Below are positions 40,291-54,998 of a DNA stretch of 64,000 nucleotides, piece after piece; positions within the stretch are counted from its first letter, which is position 1, and each line of letters starts with the position of its first letter. Below the pieces are notes generated by a model. The model was not told where the DNA came from and ran no database searches. It was given only the letters and a program-made list of their open reading frames with translations. Origin of the DNA: Schmidtea polychroa (taxonomy: Eukaryota); contig CM097885.1 in NCBI GenBank assembly GCA_044892525.1, positions 31,684,001 through 31,748,000 on the forward strand, read 5' to 3'. The position numbers were made by a program, and so were the translations under genes.

Positions 40291-41236
40291 AATATCTGAA
40301 TTAAACACACAATATGCATTTTAAATAAATTTCACCAGAAATAATTAGTAAATATTTAATTAATTAGTTGATTTATTTTCTTCTAAATATTTTCGTGTTG
40401 AATTTCATTATTTTTTTTATCTCTGCTAAACTTTTCCAGCTATTTGAGAAAAACAAAAAAATTGATTTATTTTTCATTTCGTCTGATAAATAATCCGATG
40501 AATTTCCCCGATAATCTGAAATCTGAATTTTTCAGGGTCGACTATTTTTTTTTAATCTATTTATTTTCAATTTATTGAAATATTCGAGTTCTTTGAAAAA
40601 AAACTTATTAAAGCTAACGATTAGCTACACTCAGATTCTTCCCATGGAAATTGTTTGTCTACTGTTTATTTATTTCACTTTCACTATTTCTGTCAAAACG
40701 AACAATTTTCAAAAAGACTAACAGCTTTTAAAATTGCCGCTCTTTTCAAAATTATTAAAAGAAAGAAACGAAGTTTTGATATTGTTAATTATTATTATTT
40801 TAATATTTAATTCACTCAGAACGAAAAAAAAATTATTTTTATATCATAATCATTGATGTAATAATAAAAATAATTGTTAAACGTTTTTATTAAATGTTTG
40901 TTTGTATACATTTCATAATGTTTTGTTTAAATGATTTGAAGAGAAATTAATAAAATGATTTTTATTAAATCAGTTTTTATCAAATTTTAAAATCTGTTCT
41001 ATGATTAATAAAATAAAGAAATATTTATTGGATCCTGACAAAAGCGATTAATATTTAGGTGAAAGTGTGGACAATGATAATGAAGAGGATATTTTTGGAA
41101 ATATTTTATCATTTATAGTGATACATTATATTTTTTACATTTTATTTTTAATTAAAAATATTAAAATTCTATGGATTAATGATGATTTTTGTCTTATATC
41201 ATAGGGAAAGATAGGCTTTGATTAAATTATCTATAC

Positions 41237-41782
41237 CAGCGTTTCCCAAAGTGGGTTCCGTGGACTGATAGCAGGGGTTCGGCGAACTTTTTGTAAATAA
41301 ATAATTTATAAAAAAAAGATTTATAAATAAAGATTAATAAATAATTCTCGATTTTATTCGATCCCATTTAAAATACAGGTGCTTTTACCATTTTCTACTA
41401 CGTATTTGTGCGAAACTGGATTTCATTATTACACTTCTACAAAAACGAAATATCGTGATAGATTGAATTGCTCGGCAGATATGTGCATCCAATTATCAAC
41501 AACCAAATCAGATATAATAAGGATTTGCAAGGAAAAAAAACAACAACACTGTTCGCACTAATAACATTCATAAGTTTAATTTTTTTATATTACTATTCAA
41601 AACTCAAATGAATTTATTTTATTTTTTGTATGATTTTTTTTAATAAATACTATAATTTTCTGTAATACTATAGCTCATATTAATATTCCCGATATTAAAA
41701 TTCTAAGATTTTTGTAAATAGGGTTCCGTCAAAAATTTGAAATCAAAAGGGTGTCGCGGTGAAAAAACTTTGAGAAACGCTG
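41237..41782 (+). mobile_element. Non-autonomous hAT-Charlie/Buster element
   Basis: 8-bp TSD ATCTATAC. TIR CAGCGTTTCCCAAAG/CTTTGAGAAACGCTG. ORF LLPFSTTYLCETGF...KTKYRDRL (hAT dimerisation domain). Confidence 0.9.
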
Positions 41783-42809
41783 ATCTATACTATAAATCTA
41801 AATTGTTAATAAATTGTTAATTTGAATTGAAAATATATAAATAAGTATGGGAAAAAATAATAATAAAATGATAGATCACAACTTTTAATTGCATCTACAA
41901 AGTTTATTAGCTGTCTAAATCAGTGAAAATGAATTCTGGAAAGAATACAAATGTCATATATATTTGAAAATCCAAATTATATACTATGTTAAAACATAAA
42001 CTTTTGAAAAAAAATTATATTTAATTTATATTAATTTATATAAATTTATATTAACATCACATATACCTACTTATACACAAGTAATTTGAAATAACAACGC
42101 CAGTAATCTAGAAATGTTTTTATATTTTTTTAAATATTGTATGCAATAGTTCGCGTTCATAGTCTTTTTAAAACTCAATAATTCATTAGATTTAATAAAT
42201 ATATATAAAAAATAAAAATGTGCCAATGAAAATTAGTCCACGTGCTATAGGTTCGCCATCCTTGATCCATAGGATTATGAAAATTTAAATGTCGATTTTT
42301 TAAATTTATTTCTAAAAAAAATTGTATTTTTTATGCTTCGTTTTACGCGAGTTTCTGGAACCTATCCCCTTACTTTATATGAACTCGAAGTCTCGATTTA
42401 CGCAGATTTTTATTTTCTGAAACCTATCTATCATTTTTGTATGAATTTGAAGTCTCGATTTACGCGGTTTTGATTTGCGCGTTAGTTTCTTGGAACGTTC
42501 CACCGCGTAAATCGAGGGATTGGTTGATGCTGTTTTATTAATAAAATGATATAATATAAATTAAAATTTTATTGACGAAATTAATTATTTCAAGTTGGAA
42601 AATATCATCATCGAGTATGATAGGTATAATAATAGCCTGTCAATTTTCTGGGGGGGGGGGGTAAATCTATATTTGTCAATGTATCAAAATAGAGTTGGTT
42701 ATGTGGGCAATAAGAAATGGGAAAATATTTATATAATTAAATATTAGTGTAATATATAAAGCATTATAAAATTATAAAATTATTAGAAATAGTTTACTGT
42801 TGGTATACT

Positions 42810-43502
42810 CAGAGCCGTAGCTAGGGAAAATTGCGCCCGGGGGAGATTAAAATTTGGCGCCCCTAGTGCCAAAAGAATCCACCACTCCCATTAATTATGT
42901 ACTTACAGGAATGGAATTGGTCTTGAAGAGTCAAATTAAGATGCAAAGCTATACAATGCCTCACCAAACTTATATTATAACGAAAACCAATTAATTATAA
43001 TTATTTATTATACATGTGTATATACAATAATATTGAAATTTTATATACTCCGTATTTATTAAACCTAAGTTCAGAGTTTTGATCATTAAGTTCCTATTAA
43101 GGTTACTATTATAATATATTTGAGAAGATCAAGTGATCAACTTTAACATTTAACATTAAATACTAAATAAAAGAAATTAAAGATAAATTAAATTAAAGAT
43201 TATCATCAATTGTCCTTCCTTCCAGGTTAAGTAGCATTTTCTATGCTCAAAACTGTTTTCATGATCAGCCACATTCGGATTTAGTCGCCCGTTTGCAAAA
43301 ACCTTTAGATAGACCAGAAAAACAGTTTTGTTTTAGTTTAAATTTTGAAAACAGTAAACATGGAAAGCAGAATATAAAAATTTAATATGGAAAAAAGAAA
43401 GAAAAGCAAAAAAAATTTAAATGATCATTTCACAGTTTTGGCGCCCTTAGAATCGGCACCCGGGGTGGTCGCCCCATTCGCCACCTCCTAGCTACGGCTC
43501 TG
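42810..43502. mobile_element. hAT MITE
   Basis: Perfect 16-bp TIR CAGAGCCGTAGCTAGG. 8-bp TSD GGTATACT. Confidence 0.9.
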
Positions 43503-46500
43503 GGTATACTTGCCAGAAAGTGTGAATTAATTTAATTGAAATTTAATCATAAACTGTGTAGAAGTTTGTGAAAATAAAATTTCTTACTATTTCTTGCTAT
43601 TCTTATAGAAAGTTGGAAAATTGTTTAAGCAAAACGTGAAAAATTCAAAATTTTAAAAGAGAAAAACTTTAACATTAATTCATATTGGATTGCTTTTTCT
43701 TCGTCAATCTTTTTGATTTATGAGATAAGTAAAATTTTAAAATAAGAAAAAGGCAGTGCCGAAAATTCGTGAGTATCAAAAACATCGATATATTACTGAT
43801 TTATGGTTTTCAACCTCTTTTTAATAAATTCAACGGAAAAAATAATCAGTGATGAAATTGGAAAAAAAGTTCTTATAAGAAATATATATGTATATATTTT
43901 TGAAAAAATATGGATAATTATCAAAAAGATGAGTGAATTTAGCATTGCTAGATGAATTACAATTAAATATTTGTTTAAAAAATCAAACGGAGACAAAATC
44001 ATGCTAGATCAGTAATATTATTGTCAGTTTTTGTCAGTTTTCATTAGTTTTGATTTGAGATTTTCATAAATATTCTATTTTTGTTTCAGTTATTGTTAGA
44101 TCAGTTTCAATATAAATGTTGCTAAATTTTAATTGCGTCCAATGAAAAGCGGATTGTTGAAAATGTTCTTTTGTTTATTGATAAATAAATGTTTTTAGGA
44201 GAGATGAAAATGTTTATTTTGAATCCTTCAATTGCATTAGCTGTAAAATGCGCACAGAAATGTATAAATATTAATTATATTCTTTCTGTAATTTCGTGTT
44301 TTAATCGAACGATTTTTAATATTCAATTCGCTTAAAGACGGCGTTAATATGTAATTGAAAAACTTTAAATATATTGTTTTAATTAACAACCAGGATAATT
44401 GTTTCTAGGATTTTATAACTTACTTTTCAGAAAATACTTTTTGCACTATAAATAAATTTTGTCCATTACAACATTTACAGCCTTCATTGAAAATGAAAAA
44501 CTCAAAAATTCATTGAAAATTTCAATAATAGTTTAAAGGAAATAAAGGAAATTTAATAATAAAATAATATTACCCATCACATGCTCTATTTCGTCGTCTT
44601 GTTTGAGGTCAAAGTATATAAAAATACGAGCATTATTAAAGACTTCATTAGTTCCTTTTACTTCGTTATCCATTGTGAAACTAACTTACAATTAAACAAA
44701 TTTTATTATTATTATATTTTTAACATTTTGAATTTTGAAAGACTTCAATAAATACCTTTTAGTTTCAAATTTTTCCAACCTTTTATCTCTTAGCAAATAT
44801 GCTGCGATAGCCTTTTGCCTGATCATGTAAACCAGAGTATAGCATGATCATACATGAGAGCAAATTAAATTCCGTTATACCATTCTTACAAAAAAGGTTT
44901 TAGTATGTGAGGATTCTTTTATCTTGTCATGTTCAGGATCGGATTTTTCGATCAGAATCTATCATTAGTCATTACTTTCATAATCGGTCTTTATAACTAA
45001 TTACTTTATTTTTCATGAAATGAAAGAAAACACAATGCCCATATTTACATAATTAATATATTAGAACGTATTATTTAAATTACATATTAGCTTAATTATC
45101 TTGATTCAAAAGGCTTTACATCTACGTACTTAGATCATAGTGAGCTTTTCCGCTTCTTGGAAAAACTGATAAACATCAAATGTACTGGAAAATCAAATAT
45201 ATATTGTTGGGTTTCTATATGTTTTGGCATAAATTCATCTGGCCCAGAGTTTTATCTTATGTAAAATCACAACCCAAATTTTCACAAACAAATACGCAAG
45301 TTCTTAACAAATTTGACAGAAAATTTTTTTAAAATTTCAGTTGAAATCTTTGGCTACGTTTGCCAGCAAATTTTATTCAAATATTTTTATTAAAATTTAA
45401 AATCTTGTTATTTAAGCACTGAAACGTACTTTTAATCGATGAATTTCTCTAATTTCATAATTTTATACACAGTTGTAACATTAATCATCTCAACTCTGCG
45501 ACCATATTAATAATCTATCCACATTTTCGGCAATATCTCTAAATCAATAAACATACATTTTCACTACATTCTATCTAACTGTCCTGCGTGTCAAACTGAG
45601 TGATTTTGTTTTTCAACAGAAATGATTGATGTCATCAACAAAACTTTGATTAATTAATTAATTAATTTGTTTGTATTTTTGAAATTGACAATTATTATTT
45701 TCAACTTTAACTTATCAATTAACACTAATTCCTAAATTTTCTTTTTGAATTTTTGATTTTTTGATTTTATTTAAATTTCTAATTAATTATTTTATATAGA
45801 TTTATCTTTAAATTTTATTTCTAGACTCCCTTATTAAACCTTACATATATATATTGTTGCCATGGCCAATGAAGGTTCTGAAATTCATTAAAAATAATTT
45901 CAATTGTCGTTTCCCAATTGAGATTATTTGGGAAATAAAATCTGTCCTGGTGTTAAAATTTATCTAATGGATAAATAATAAAATTAATAGAGATTTATTT
46001 CAGTTAATTATATCATTTCGGAGGAAAAAATATATATGGAAATATCTGTCAATGTTAAAAATATAAATCGAATTTTTACTTTCAGGTAACAATTGGTTAT
46101 GATTATTTGACGGAATATCTCTATTTATTCGAGGGTTTAGAGTATTTATTCGTGTCTAATTTAATCATTTCATGTTTGCATTTAAAACTCGCTAATTAAA
46201 TGAAATTTAATTTTTATTTTAATATACAATTAATTGTTTTTAGTAGTTAAATTGAGGGAGTGCCGTTTTTAAAACAATTCTAATTTATATTATTTAAAAG
46301 ATTTTTTCCTCGTGTTTATAAATTTTTTAAAAATAATGTTTTAACATTTTTAATTGTTTGAATAGTTCTTTTTTATCTATGACAAATGAAAAGTAATATT
46401 AAATTAGATAATTTCAATAATTCAAATGCTAGGAAAAACCTTTTTTTTAATATTTTTTAACTGGAGTATTATTATTAAAATGTTGAATTAATTTTAAAAT

Positions 46501-47926
46501 AGTTTTACAAATAATTATTCTTAGAAAATATTATTTAAAAGAATCAAGTAATTATTTTGCCCAGTTATTTAAAAGGATTTTACATTCATTTTTAAGTCCA
46601 GTTAAAAATGGATAACTTTGTTAAAAGAATACAAATTAACAATTGCAGTGGAGGAGCAACAATAACTACCAAATAATAAATATTGACATGAAACCAAAGA
46701 TATTGACAAATACTCTCATTAAATATCTTTAGAAATAAATCGAAACCCCCAATAGGTTAAATATCTGATTTAGTGTATAGGTTTTCATATAATAAGTGCA
46801 ATGCCGCATACATTGAAGAGACTTCCCGTCATCTCCGCACCAGCATTTAGGAACATATCCAATGGAAATTTGTGAGTCATATAGTTGAGCATAGGAAAAT
46901 ATGTAAAGATGCAACTGACTTAATATCTTTTAAACTTTTATATAAAGTGGGAAAAAATTTTATGTGAGGTGTTGGTGATTAAATCACAATCCCCACAATT
47001 AAAATTCAATCAGCAACGAATTTATTGAGATTGTTTAATCAACTCATTAAATCATAACTATTACGTCATTAATGTTTCCGTGGATAACTGTTGACATAGA
47101 TTATGATAGCAGACTGATGATGAGGATAATTTCCTTGAAATATATTTTGTTTGTTTGGCTTACTCGAGTTTCATTTGAAATTAAACTGTATATATTTATA
47201 TTACTATTATAAAATAAATATTAATATAGTAAAACATTTTTATCTTTTTTCACCATTGATTTATTTTCATTTGTAAATTTAGATTTCTTAAAAATTATGA
47301 TATAATTTGTGTTGTCATATTTCCACTTTAATATCATATAGAAAATAAATTGTTAATTAATTTTAAAAATTATAATTATATAATTTTATTATGAAAATAT
47401 TTTATAAAAAGAGTCCTGTTTTAAAGAAGGAATGATTGTGCCTTGTAGAAATAAGAAATATAAATGTAATGTACTTAGTAAAATAAATTTCAACCAACCA
47501 TAGCAGAACTTCAACAGCTACTTATTTTTATTTGATATATTTTGGAAAACTTCAAGTCTGACTTCGTACTTTTATTAATCGGCAGCATATCAAGCAGGAT
47601 TTTAAAATTATTAAGAATTAAAAATAATGAAATATTTGAAAAATGACAACTTTACAAACATTAATCGCTTATTAAAAATGTAATTTTAAAATGTAACGGA
47701 AAAGGTTGAAGAATTAAAAATGGTTTAATTTTAAAATAACAATTTTTATGATAATTTTATTTTGAAAATATTTTTCTGAATTTGAATTACAGTAATTTGA
47801 TAATATTGTAATTAATTTTTTTTGTTTTAGTACTTTAAATTGGTGAAGGTCTAATTTTTTTACTCATAAACGTTTTAAGTATTTGCTTACCTTTGATCTG
47901 GTTTTTTTAACATTATAACAATAGAT

Positions 47927-48297
47927 CAGTGGTTCTCAGCCCGTGTTCCGCAATTACGCTTCCAGTTTTCCGCGAAAAAAATGACATTTTATCTTTAAAT
48001 TTGCATTTAAGATACATATCATCAAAAACCTCATTTAATTTTTTTATAAGATGATTCAATAAGAAAGCCGTTACATAGACAAATAAATATACAAATATAA
48101 AAGTGTTTATTGCTTAATTGTTCTTATTGCGTGTGGTATTTTATTTGCTTATAAGAAGGCATTGTTTACGTTTACTACAGATTTATAGTAATTTGTGATT
48201 GGTCACTCATTGTGGGAAAGTATTTTTTTGTCAGTGTTCCCCGTAAAAAAACCGTGTGAATTGTGTTCCGCGCTTTTATATTAATTGAGAACCACTA
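47927..48297. mobile_element. hAT-Charlie-like MITE
   Basis: TIR CAGTGGTTCTCA/TGAGAACCACTA. TSD CAATAGAT/CTATAGAT (one mismatch). Confidence 0.8.
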
Positions 48298-48961
48298 CTA
48301 TAGATGTATCTTATTCCCAAGAAATAATGACGATTATTTATAATTTTGACGAATCTTTTCCATTAGTTAAATTGTTATAGATATTAAACCAACACTTGAA
48401 TACTATAATGGTCAATCCTGAGGTTGACTATCGTGTCTGTGTGCACGTTTTTTTGAAGTTGTTGATATTTATGTGTGGGCACACAGACGCGGACAATAGT
48501 TTTGTTTGAAAGGTGCCTTTTGTCGCGAATTTTTGGAAATAAAGTTTTGAAGGTTTTTCTTAATTTATTTTTAAAATGGCTATAATGGCTCGAAGATATG
48601 GTGATCGAACAACTACCTTTTCACTGGATGGTAGTTTATGTCAAGGTTAATATGCAATGGACGCTTGTGTCATGCTGACAAAATTTCATCTGTTGGGTTG
48701 CGCACACAGATGCGAGGCAAAAAAAGTTTTGTTTAAAAAGTTTTTTTTGTAACGAATTTTTGAATAGAATAAAGATTTTTTGAAAACTTTTTTTTTCATT
48801 ATAAAATGGTTTAACTTAAAGAATGGATATGAATTCATAAGTGTTGACAAAGTAGCTCTAAAAATATTTTTGTTCATTTTAAATCTATCGCATTCAGCAA
48901 TGCAATCTCAATAACTGATCGAGAAGTTCTTTTCAAAATTCCCAAACCTGACAGAGGATCC

Positions 48962-49222
48962 ATGACTCGAATTATGATGTTGGAGATATTTAATGCACCA
49001 ATAGTGTATTTTTCAATTCAAGCAGTTATTTCTTTGTACGCTTCAGGTTGTTCGTCGGGTATCGTTCTTGACTCAAGAGATCCTATATCTCACACTATGG
49101 CAATTTATGAAACATTATCAAGTGGTTCGACAATGTATCTTGGTGTTGCTGTTCTAATGCAAATCTCAACTCTCTTTCAAATTTGTATGACAATTAACCA
49201 GTTAAATATAAGCGAGGAGTAA
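48962..49222 (+). pseudogene. Degraded, internally deleted actin pseudogene fragment
   Basis: [50 protein letters not shown] parallels actin [49 protein letters not shown], then jumps to [16 protein letters not shown] (actin LSGGTTMYPGIADRMQ). Confidence 0.85.
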
Positions 49223-50734
49223 ATTAAGTACAATTTATTTTTTCATTTTAATTATTTTCTCAAAAACTTCATTTCCTTTAAATTGGTAATTATAATAAAA
49301 ATAAGCTTTCATTTGTTTTTCTTTTTTTTCTTTTACTATTTATGGATTAGGATTAGAAAATTTCGAATAAAAGTAGTCGAGAGAAGGAAAATAAGTTTTA
49401 TGAAAGTGATAAACATTAAAAAAGAATTTTTACTTAGACCAAAATATATAAAGGCCTTTTCCAAAATTATCCCACAGAAAATTTTATATAACAGAATTTC
49501 TTTGTGTCAATTAATGGCTCTCATTTTACTAATTTGTACTTTTAATATGTTGCAATATTGAAATAAAAATGCGTTTTATTTCCCTTCTAGACGGTCGATG
49601 CGTTTAGCCGCTATACATCAAAGCTTTGGTTAATCTCTGGGAAAATTATCTATCATTGCAAAAATTGAAATGTTCATATTAATTCAAAAATGACTATTTA
49701 GATAAAATAAAAACATTGAGAAAATCAACATAAAATTACAATATATTAAATATATCATTTACTAATGATTTGTAAATTATTATAGATTTTAAAGATTTAT
49801 TTCAAATATTGTGTAATGATGTAAAATGTGAAAAAGATTTTAAATTAAAAATATTAGTATGCAAAAAATAAAACAAAAATGCAAAAACTGCAAATGTTGA
49901 AAATTTTCAAAATAATACGTTGTTAAACATGCAATGTGATAATTTGGGAAATGTAATTGAAAAAATTTGAAGATTTTTAAAAATTAAATTGGAAAATAAA
50001 TATTTTTACAAAAGATATTTTAAAATACAAGTTTATAGATTTATTCAGTTTAGTCACAGTTCTTCCAATTTTTTTTTCCAATTTCACCACTGATTATTTT
50101 TTCAATTGAATTTATTAAAAAGAGAGTTTGAAGACTATAAATCAGTAATATATCGATGTTTTGAAAAAGGCAGTGCCGAAAATTCGTGAGTATCAACAAA
50201 CATCGATATACTACTGATTTATAGTCTTCAAGCTCTCTTTTTAATAAATTCAATGAAATTATAATGTCATAAATTTGATTTAATACTAACGATTGATAAT
50301 TTATAAATTTTGAGGGAAATAAAGCAACGGATAGTTTGCTATATTCATTTTCATATTTATTGAATTATATATACATCAAAAAACATTATAACTGTTTTAG
50401 TGTTTTAATCTACAACATAATTTTTCAACGGCTTAATTAATATGATAAAAGTACATTGTAATGCAATAAGTTTAGGTCATAAAATAATTTTAATTACAAG
50501 TCAAAACCTTTATTAATTTGTCTTGTTTAAACAAAAATGTAATTGCATTTTTGTCTTTAAAATTTATCTATGTATATTTTATTATTTAAATATTATAATA
50601 TCCGAACAATGTTATTGTAAAATATATAATTAATATTTAAAAATATATACATAAAAAGGCATTATAACGATTTTCCTCATAACAATCATCCTCAACATCC
50701 ATTAAAGATCATCAAGGATATACACGACGTCGAA

Positions 50735-51245
50735 GAACAAGATAGATTTAAACTATGAGCTTTTTAACTGCAGCAACTTTAATATACGCTTTATACCCAC
50801 TAGAGTTCATATTCTTATGTTTTTTCACTTCCTCATGTAACTGGTATTGAGTAATTTACACGCTTGCTGCCTTCCGTTGATGTGTAGACGTTTCTCAGGC
50901 TTCCTCTCAGGAATCAAACACTGATTCCCTATTACTCATTACAACCATGGTACGCATTTATCTTACCATCGAAAGTTTATAGGTCAGCCACTTCAAGAGA
51001 TATGTCGTTAACACAAAGGTCAGTCGATCAGTAAAATTATACAGAGTCATCAAAATACCGTCTTTTAACGGCTTGAAAGATTTATCTAATAAATCCGCCG
51101 CTTCGTGAGTCACTACATTCCTAAAAATATTAGTTCTAGAATTACCACAGTTTTCTTGTGGCAAAGTGATAGAATCTCTCAAATCATAGCTGTTATAGTG
51201 AGTCATCCGCGGTTTCATAATACTAATCTTAGTGTGCTTTAATCT
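50735..51245 (-). pseudogene. Degraded 18S rRNA 5'-region fragment
   Basis: Reverse complements of conserved SSU tracts: GAGCTTTTTAACTGCAGCAACTTTAATATACGCT, GCTGCCTTCC, TTTCTCAGGCT, TTCTAGAATTACCACAGTT. Many substitutions and deletions. Confidence 0.88.
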
Positions 51246-51714
51246 ATAGAATAATTTTTTTCAGTGAAAGTTATTTTAAGTTTGAATAAATAGCAGCGTA
51301 ATTATTATGGTAAAAGTATGAATAAGGCTATTATAGTTTAAATAAAGTTTATTATAAATAGGCCTTGATCATTATTTTTATTATTATTGAAATTTTAATG
51401 ATTTTGTATTTTGTTACTTTATTTTTATTCAATGTTCTTTTGTTTTTGACTCTTTTTGGTTGATTTTTTGAAATGTATATTTTGTCGGTGCATTGTATAT
51501 ACATTTTTTATTATTTAAAAATTTATTAAAAATATCAAAACATTTTATTGACGTTACTGTTAGGAAACAATCATTTAAAATTTGAATTAACTAATTATTT
51601 TAAAATAAGATAATTTCTGAACAAGAAAATATATTAAATATGTAAAAATCAAATATTCGATAAATAAATATAGGAAAATTGCAATAAAATACCACTAAAA
51701 AATAAAAGTCCATA

Positions 51715-51900
51715 TGTGGCAGATTAGTTCGGCGTCAACAGCGATATCCGCTTTCAATTTGGAATCGCTATAATGCTTCTGTGGCTAAAGAATCTAAAAT
51801 GAATAATTCGTGTAAAACATGACATTGTTATTTGGAAAATTTAAAATTCATAAAAAACAGAAATTTTTTAACAACGGTGAAATTGAGTAGCTCAACACAA
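51715..51900 (+). mobile_element. Possible MULE/Mutator transposase C-terminal remnant
   Basis: RYPLSIWNRYNASVAKESKMNNSCKT*H resembles the MULE WN...RTNN..E.WH motif. Confidence 0.45.
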
Positions 51901-52965
51901 ACGTTTCTTTTAAGACGAGAGGGTCTCCATGTGGAAAATTCTAATGCTGAGCAACTCAAATCACCAAATGTAGAGGTGCAACATCCTTTTTAAACTAATA
52001 CAAATTGGTGAATGAAAAGTCTTAATTGATACTATTTTTTAATTTCATTTCTGTTTTTATTTTAGAAAATCAAATTAAATTCAAATAGTAAAAGTTTTGT
52101 TTGGTCTGAAAGTTTTTTCTGGCGTGCGCGATAACTTGTAACAAGTGTGCGGGACTTACAAAACAATTGCTTAGAAGAAACTCTTAGTAGACCATATAAT
52201 TAATATTGATAATAATATTAATTATATCGACAAGATTTTCACAATTAACAAAATAAAGATTAAAAAGAAAAATGATTAAATAATTTGTAATATAAATATT
52301 TTTTTAACAGATACATTATTTTACTAACATTACACTGACATAGTTTTTATGACATAAAAAGCATTAATTGTGAAAACAAAAATTCATTTATTTTAAATTT
52401 GCATTTAGTAGGAGGCAAATAAATTATTTTTTATTTTAGAAATGTAAATCAAATTTTCTATAGCCAGTTATGAATATCATTTATTTGTTGAATTTATATT
52501 TGAAGTTTTTAATATTTGAGTGCGGTAAAATGGTAAAGTTGGTGAGGGGGGGGGCGGCAGAATGATGTTATTTAATACTTTGTAATATGTAGCATTCAAT
52601 GTTATAAATTTGAATTCTTTCAACTTTTTATCTAAAGAAAATTTGGTTCTTTGTAAAAAAACTTTTCATTCATTAAAACAAAAATATTTTATAAACAAAA
52701 AAAAATGAACATTTTTAAATTCTTTTGATTTTCATTTTTACATATATTAAAAATAAATCAAATTTTTGTTTTTCGTTTTTCATTTATGTTTTTTTTTCTA
52801 AAACTAAAATCGATTTAGTGAACGAGAAAATTTATTCGCAAAAACGGAATTCTTCTGCATAATGAAGAGAAATATGAGAATAAAATTTTAAAAACTAGAC
52901 GAATTTGTTTGTCGTTTTATTTTTACTGAAACTAATCTTTTGAAATTAATTAGATAATTTTTTAG

Positions 52966-53167
52966 GGCGCTAGAATCCATATGATGAAGTTAGCTCGCTT
53001 GGTGAGGTTGATTCGATTACTGCAGAAAATAGATCGCTATTCCGAGTATAGCAGCGTTCTGTTGGCTCTTTTGATGTCTGCATTCGCCCTTTGTGCTCAC
53101 TGGCTAGCTTGTGTTTGGTATGTCATTGGAAAAGCAGAATTGTCTAATAATTCTACCAGAAATATCA
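52966..53167 (+). CDS. KCNH/Elk channel exon (S4 voltage sensor, S5)
   Basis: tttag|GGC is phase 0, compatible with the exon ending at 4650. Reads [51 protein letters not shown]. Donor A|gtatat at 53168. Confidence 0.92.
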
Positions 53168-54800
53168 GTATATATTTATTGATTCATTGTATAATGTCTT
53201 ATTTAAATTATTTTTTAATTTCTTTAAAGTATAAAAAATAACATTGCATTTATTAAAAAGCTTGAAAATATATCAAAAAGGACATCGATATATTTACCTA
53301 TTCATAGTCAAGCTTTTCAATAAACACAATGTCAATTGAAAAGAAATCAGTGGTGAAAATTGAAAAAAGTTCTTATAATACTATAAAAAATAATCTTACA
53401 TAAAGGCTGCTCTATTCCGTGCTCAACTCGTATTGTGTGGAAGTATAGCAAGCATTTCGTCGACAGGACGAGTCGCGTCCTTTATCAACTTTTCAGTCTT
53501 TTGTCTTAATAATATTTAATAAAAACTATTGCAACAAATCGTCATGTCATAGTTTATCCTTTTGAAACGCAAATTGTTTGTACGGCCGTTCATTAAAAGG
53601 TTGAGAAATTTCTAGCGAAAAAAAGTCTACAAATATTTTATGTCATACTAAATACTCAGTCAAGTAAGATGGGTATAAAGTCAGATTCGTTTACTGGCTC
53701 ATTTTGAATGTGTGATGAGTTCACTCACCTATTGTGCTTAAAGGGTTAATGAGAATTTAATTTGTTTTATTATTGTAAAATAAATATTGTGCTTATTTTC
53801 AAATATGATTCACTACATGTAAAACTATTATTGAAAATTAAATGTATAATTATGTATTATTGCCTTAATAGTTTAATATTTAATTAAGAATAATTAACCT
53901 TAAGAGGTTACAACTTTTCTCTCCAAGTTGTTTAAGGATCAGCTTTATTGCTTGCCCCTTTGTACCTCGTACTGAAGATTGAAATTATGCAAATTGACCT
54001 TTTGTAAATCATTAATTTTTATTTCTACTTTTAATTAATAAAATATAAATAAAAATTTAAAAACCATATATTAAGCCGTATTTGTTGGAAATAATAAAAA
54101 CATTTAATTTCCTTCTTTTTTTATTTATTAAAATATATTATTAAAACAATAAATTTTAAACTAGCATATAAGCTTGAGCAACTTAATGGATTAATTTAAG
54201 ATTGTTCAATTAACAGTTGATAAAGAATGCGCCAAATATTTGTGGTTATCCTTATTGTTATTGGTCAGTGTCATTTACCGAAAACGCTTTTATCTTCCGA
54301 TTTCAATGATATATAGTTTTTAAATTATTATTAATTTTAATAGTGAAAATTTTTGATTTAGATTAATTACTTTTAGAAAATTGAACAGTTAATTAAATAA
54401 TATTTTTTGTTTTAAATCAACTCTGTAAATGGCTTTTTATGGGTTTATGAGGACTATTAAGTAATTAATCATTTCCTTCTGTACTTACAGCAATTAAATT
54501 TATCCAGCTCTTCAGACATTCGTTTGCGGTTTTCATCGGTGAAACTCGGTTTCGTACTTAATTGAACAATATATCTAAAATAATCTCATTCCTATTAATT
54601 ATCACATAAATTTCATTGAAGGTTTGAATTAAAACAAAATAGTATTTGAACAGTTTTGATTATATTTTTTTTCAATTGAAATTTAAACAACTGAATAAAT
54701 AATAGAGAAATAAATCTGTATTTGTTTTAGGTTATTTTTAAATTAGTTTAAGATTTCAATTAGTGAAAAATGTTTGAAAGTTAATTGACTAAATTTGCAG

Positions 54801-54998
54801 ATTGGTTGCATGATTTGTCGGAGAAAATGGAGACACCATATTCAATGAATTTCAATGCTGGGGGACCGTCGAATATTACAATTTATGTGAGTTCGCTTTA
54901 CTTTACTTGCAGTAGCCTGACAAGTGTTGGATTTGGAAATGTCTCCCCAAATACGAATACAGAGAAAATATTTTCTATTTGCACAATGCTCATTGGAG
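54801..54998 (+). CDS. KCNH/Elk channel exon (pore helix, selectivity filter, start of S6); gene presumably continues beyond the window
   Basis: ttgcag|AT is phase 1. Reads WLHDL...[38 protein letters not shown] with the SVGFGN KCNH filter. Donor G|gtaaat. Confidence 0.95.

Noticed and set aside
44560..47140. Possible decayed coding remnants, including similarity between ~39500-39700 and ~46970-47140
   Set aside because: Too degraded to assign a family from sequence alone.
50958..51218. 86-aa ORF
   Set aside because: Lies within the 18S rRNA pseudogene.
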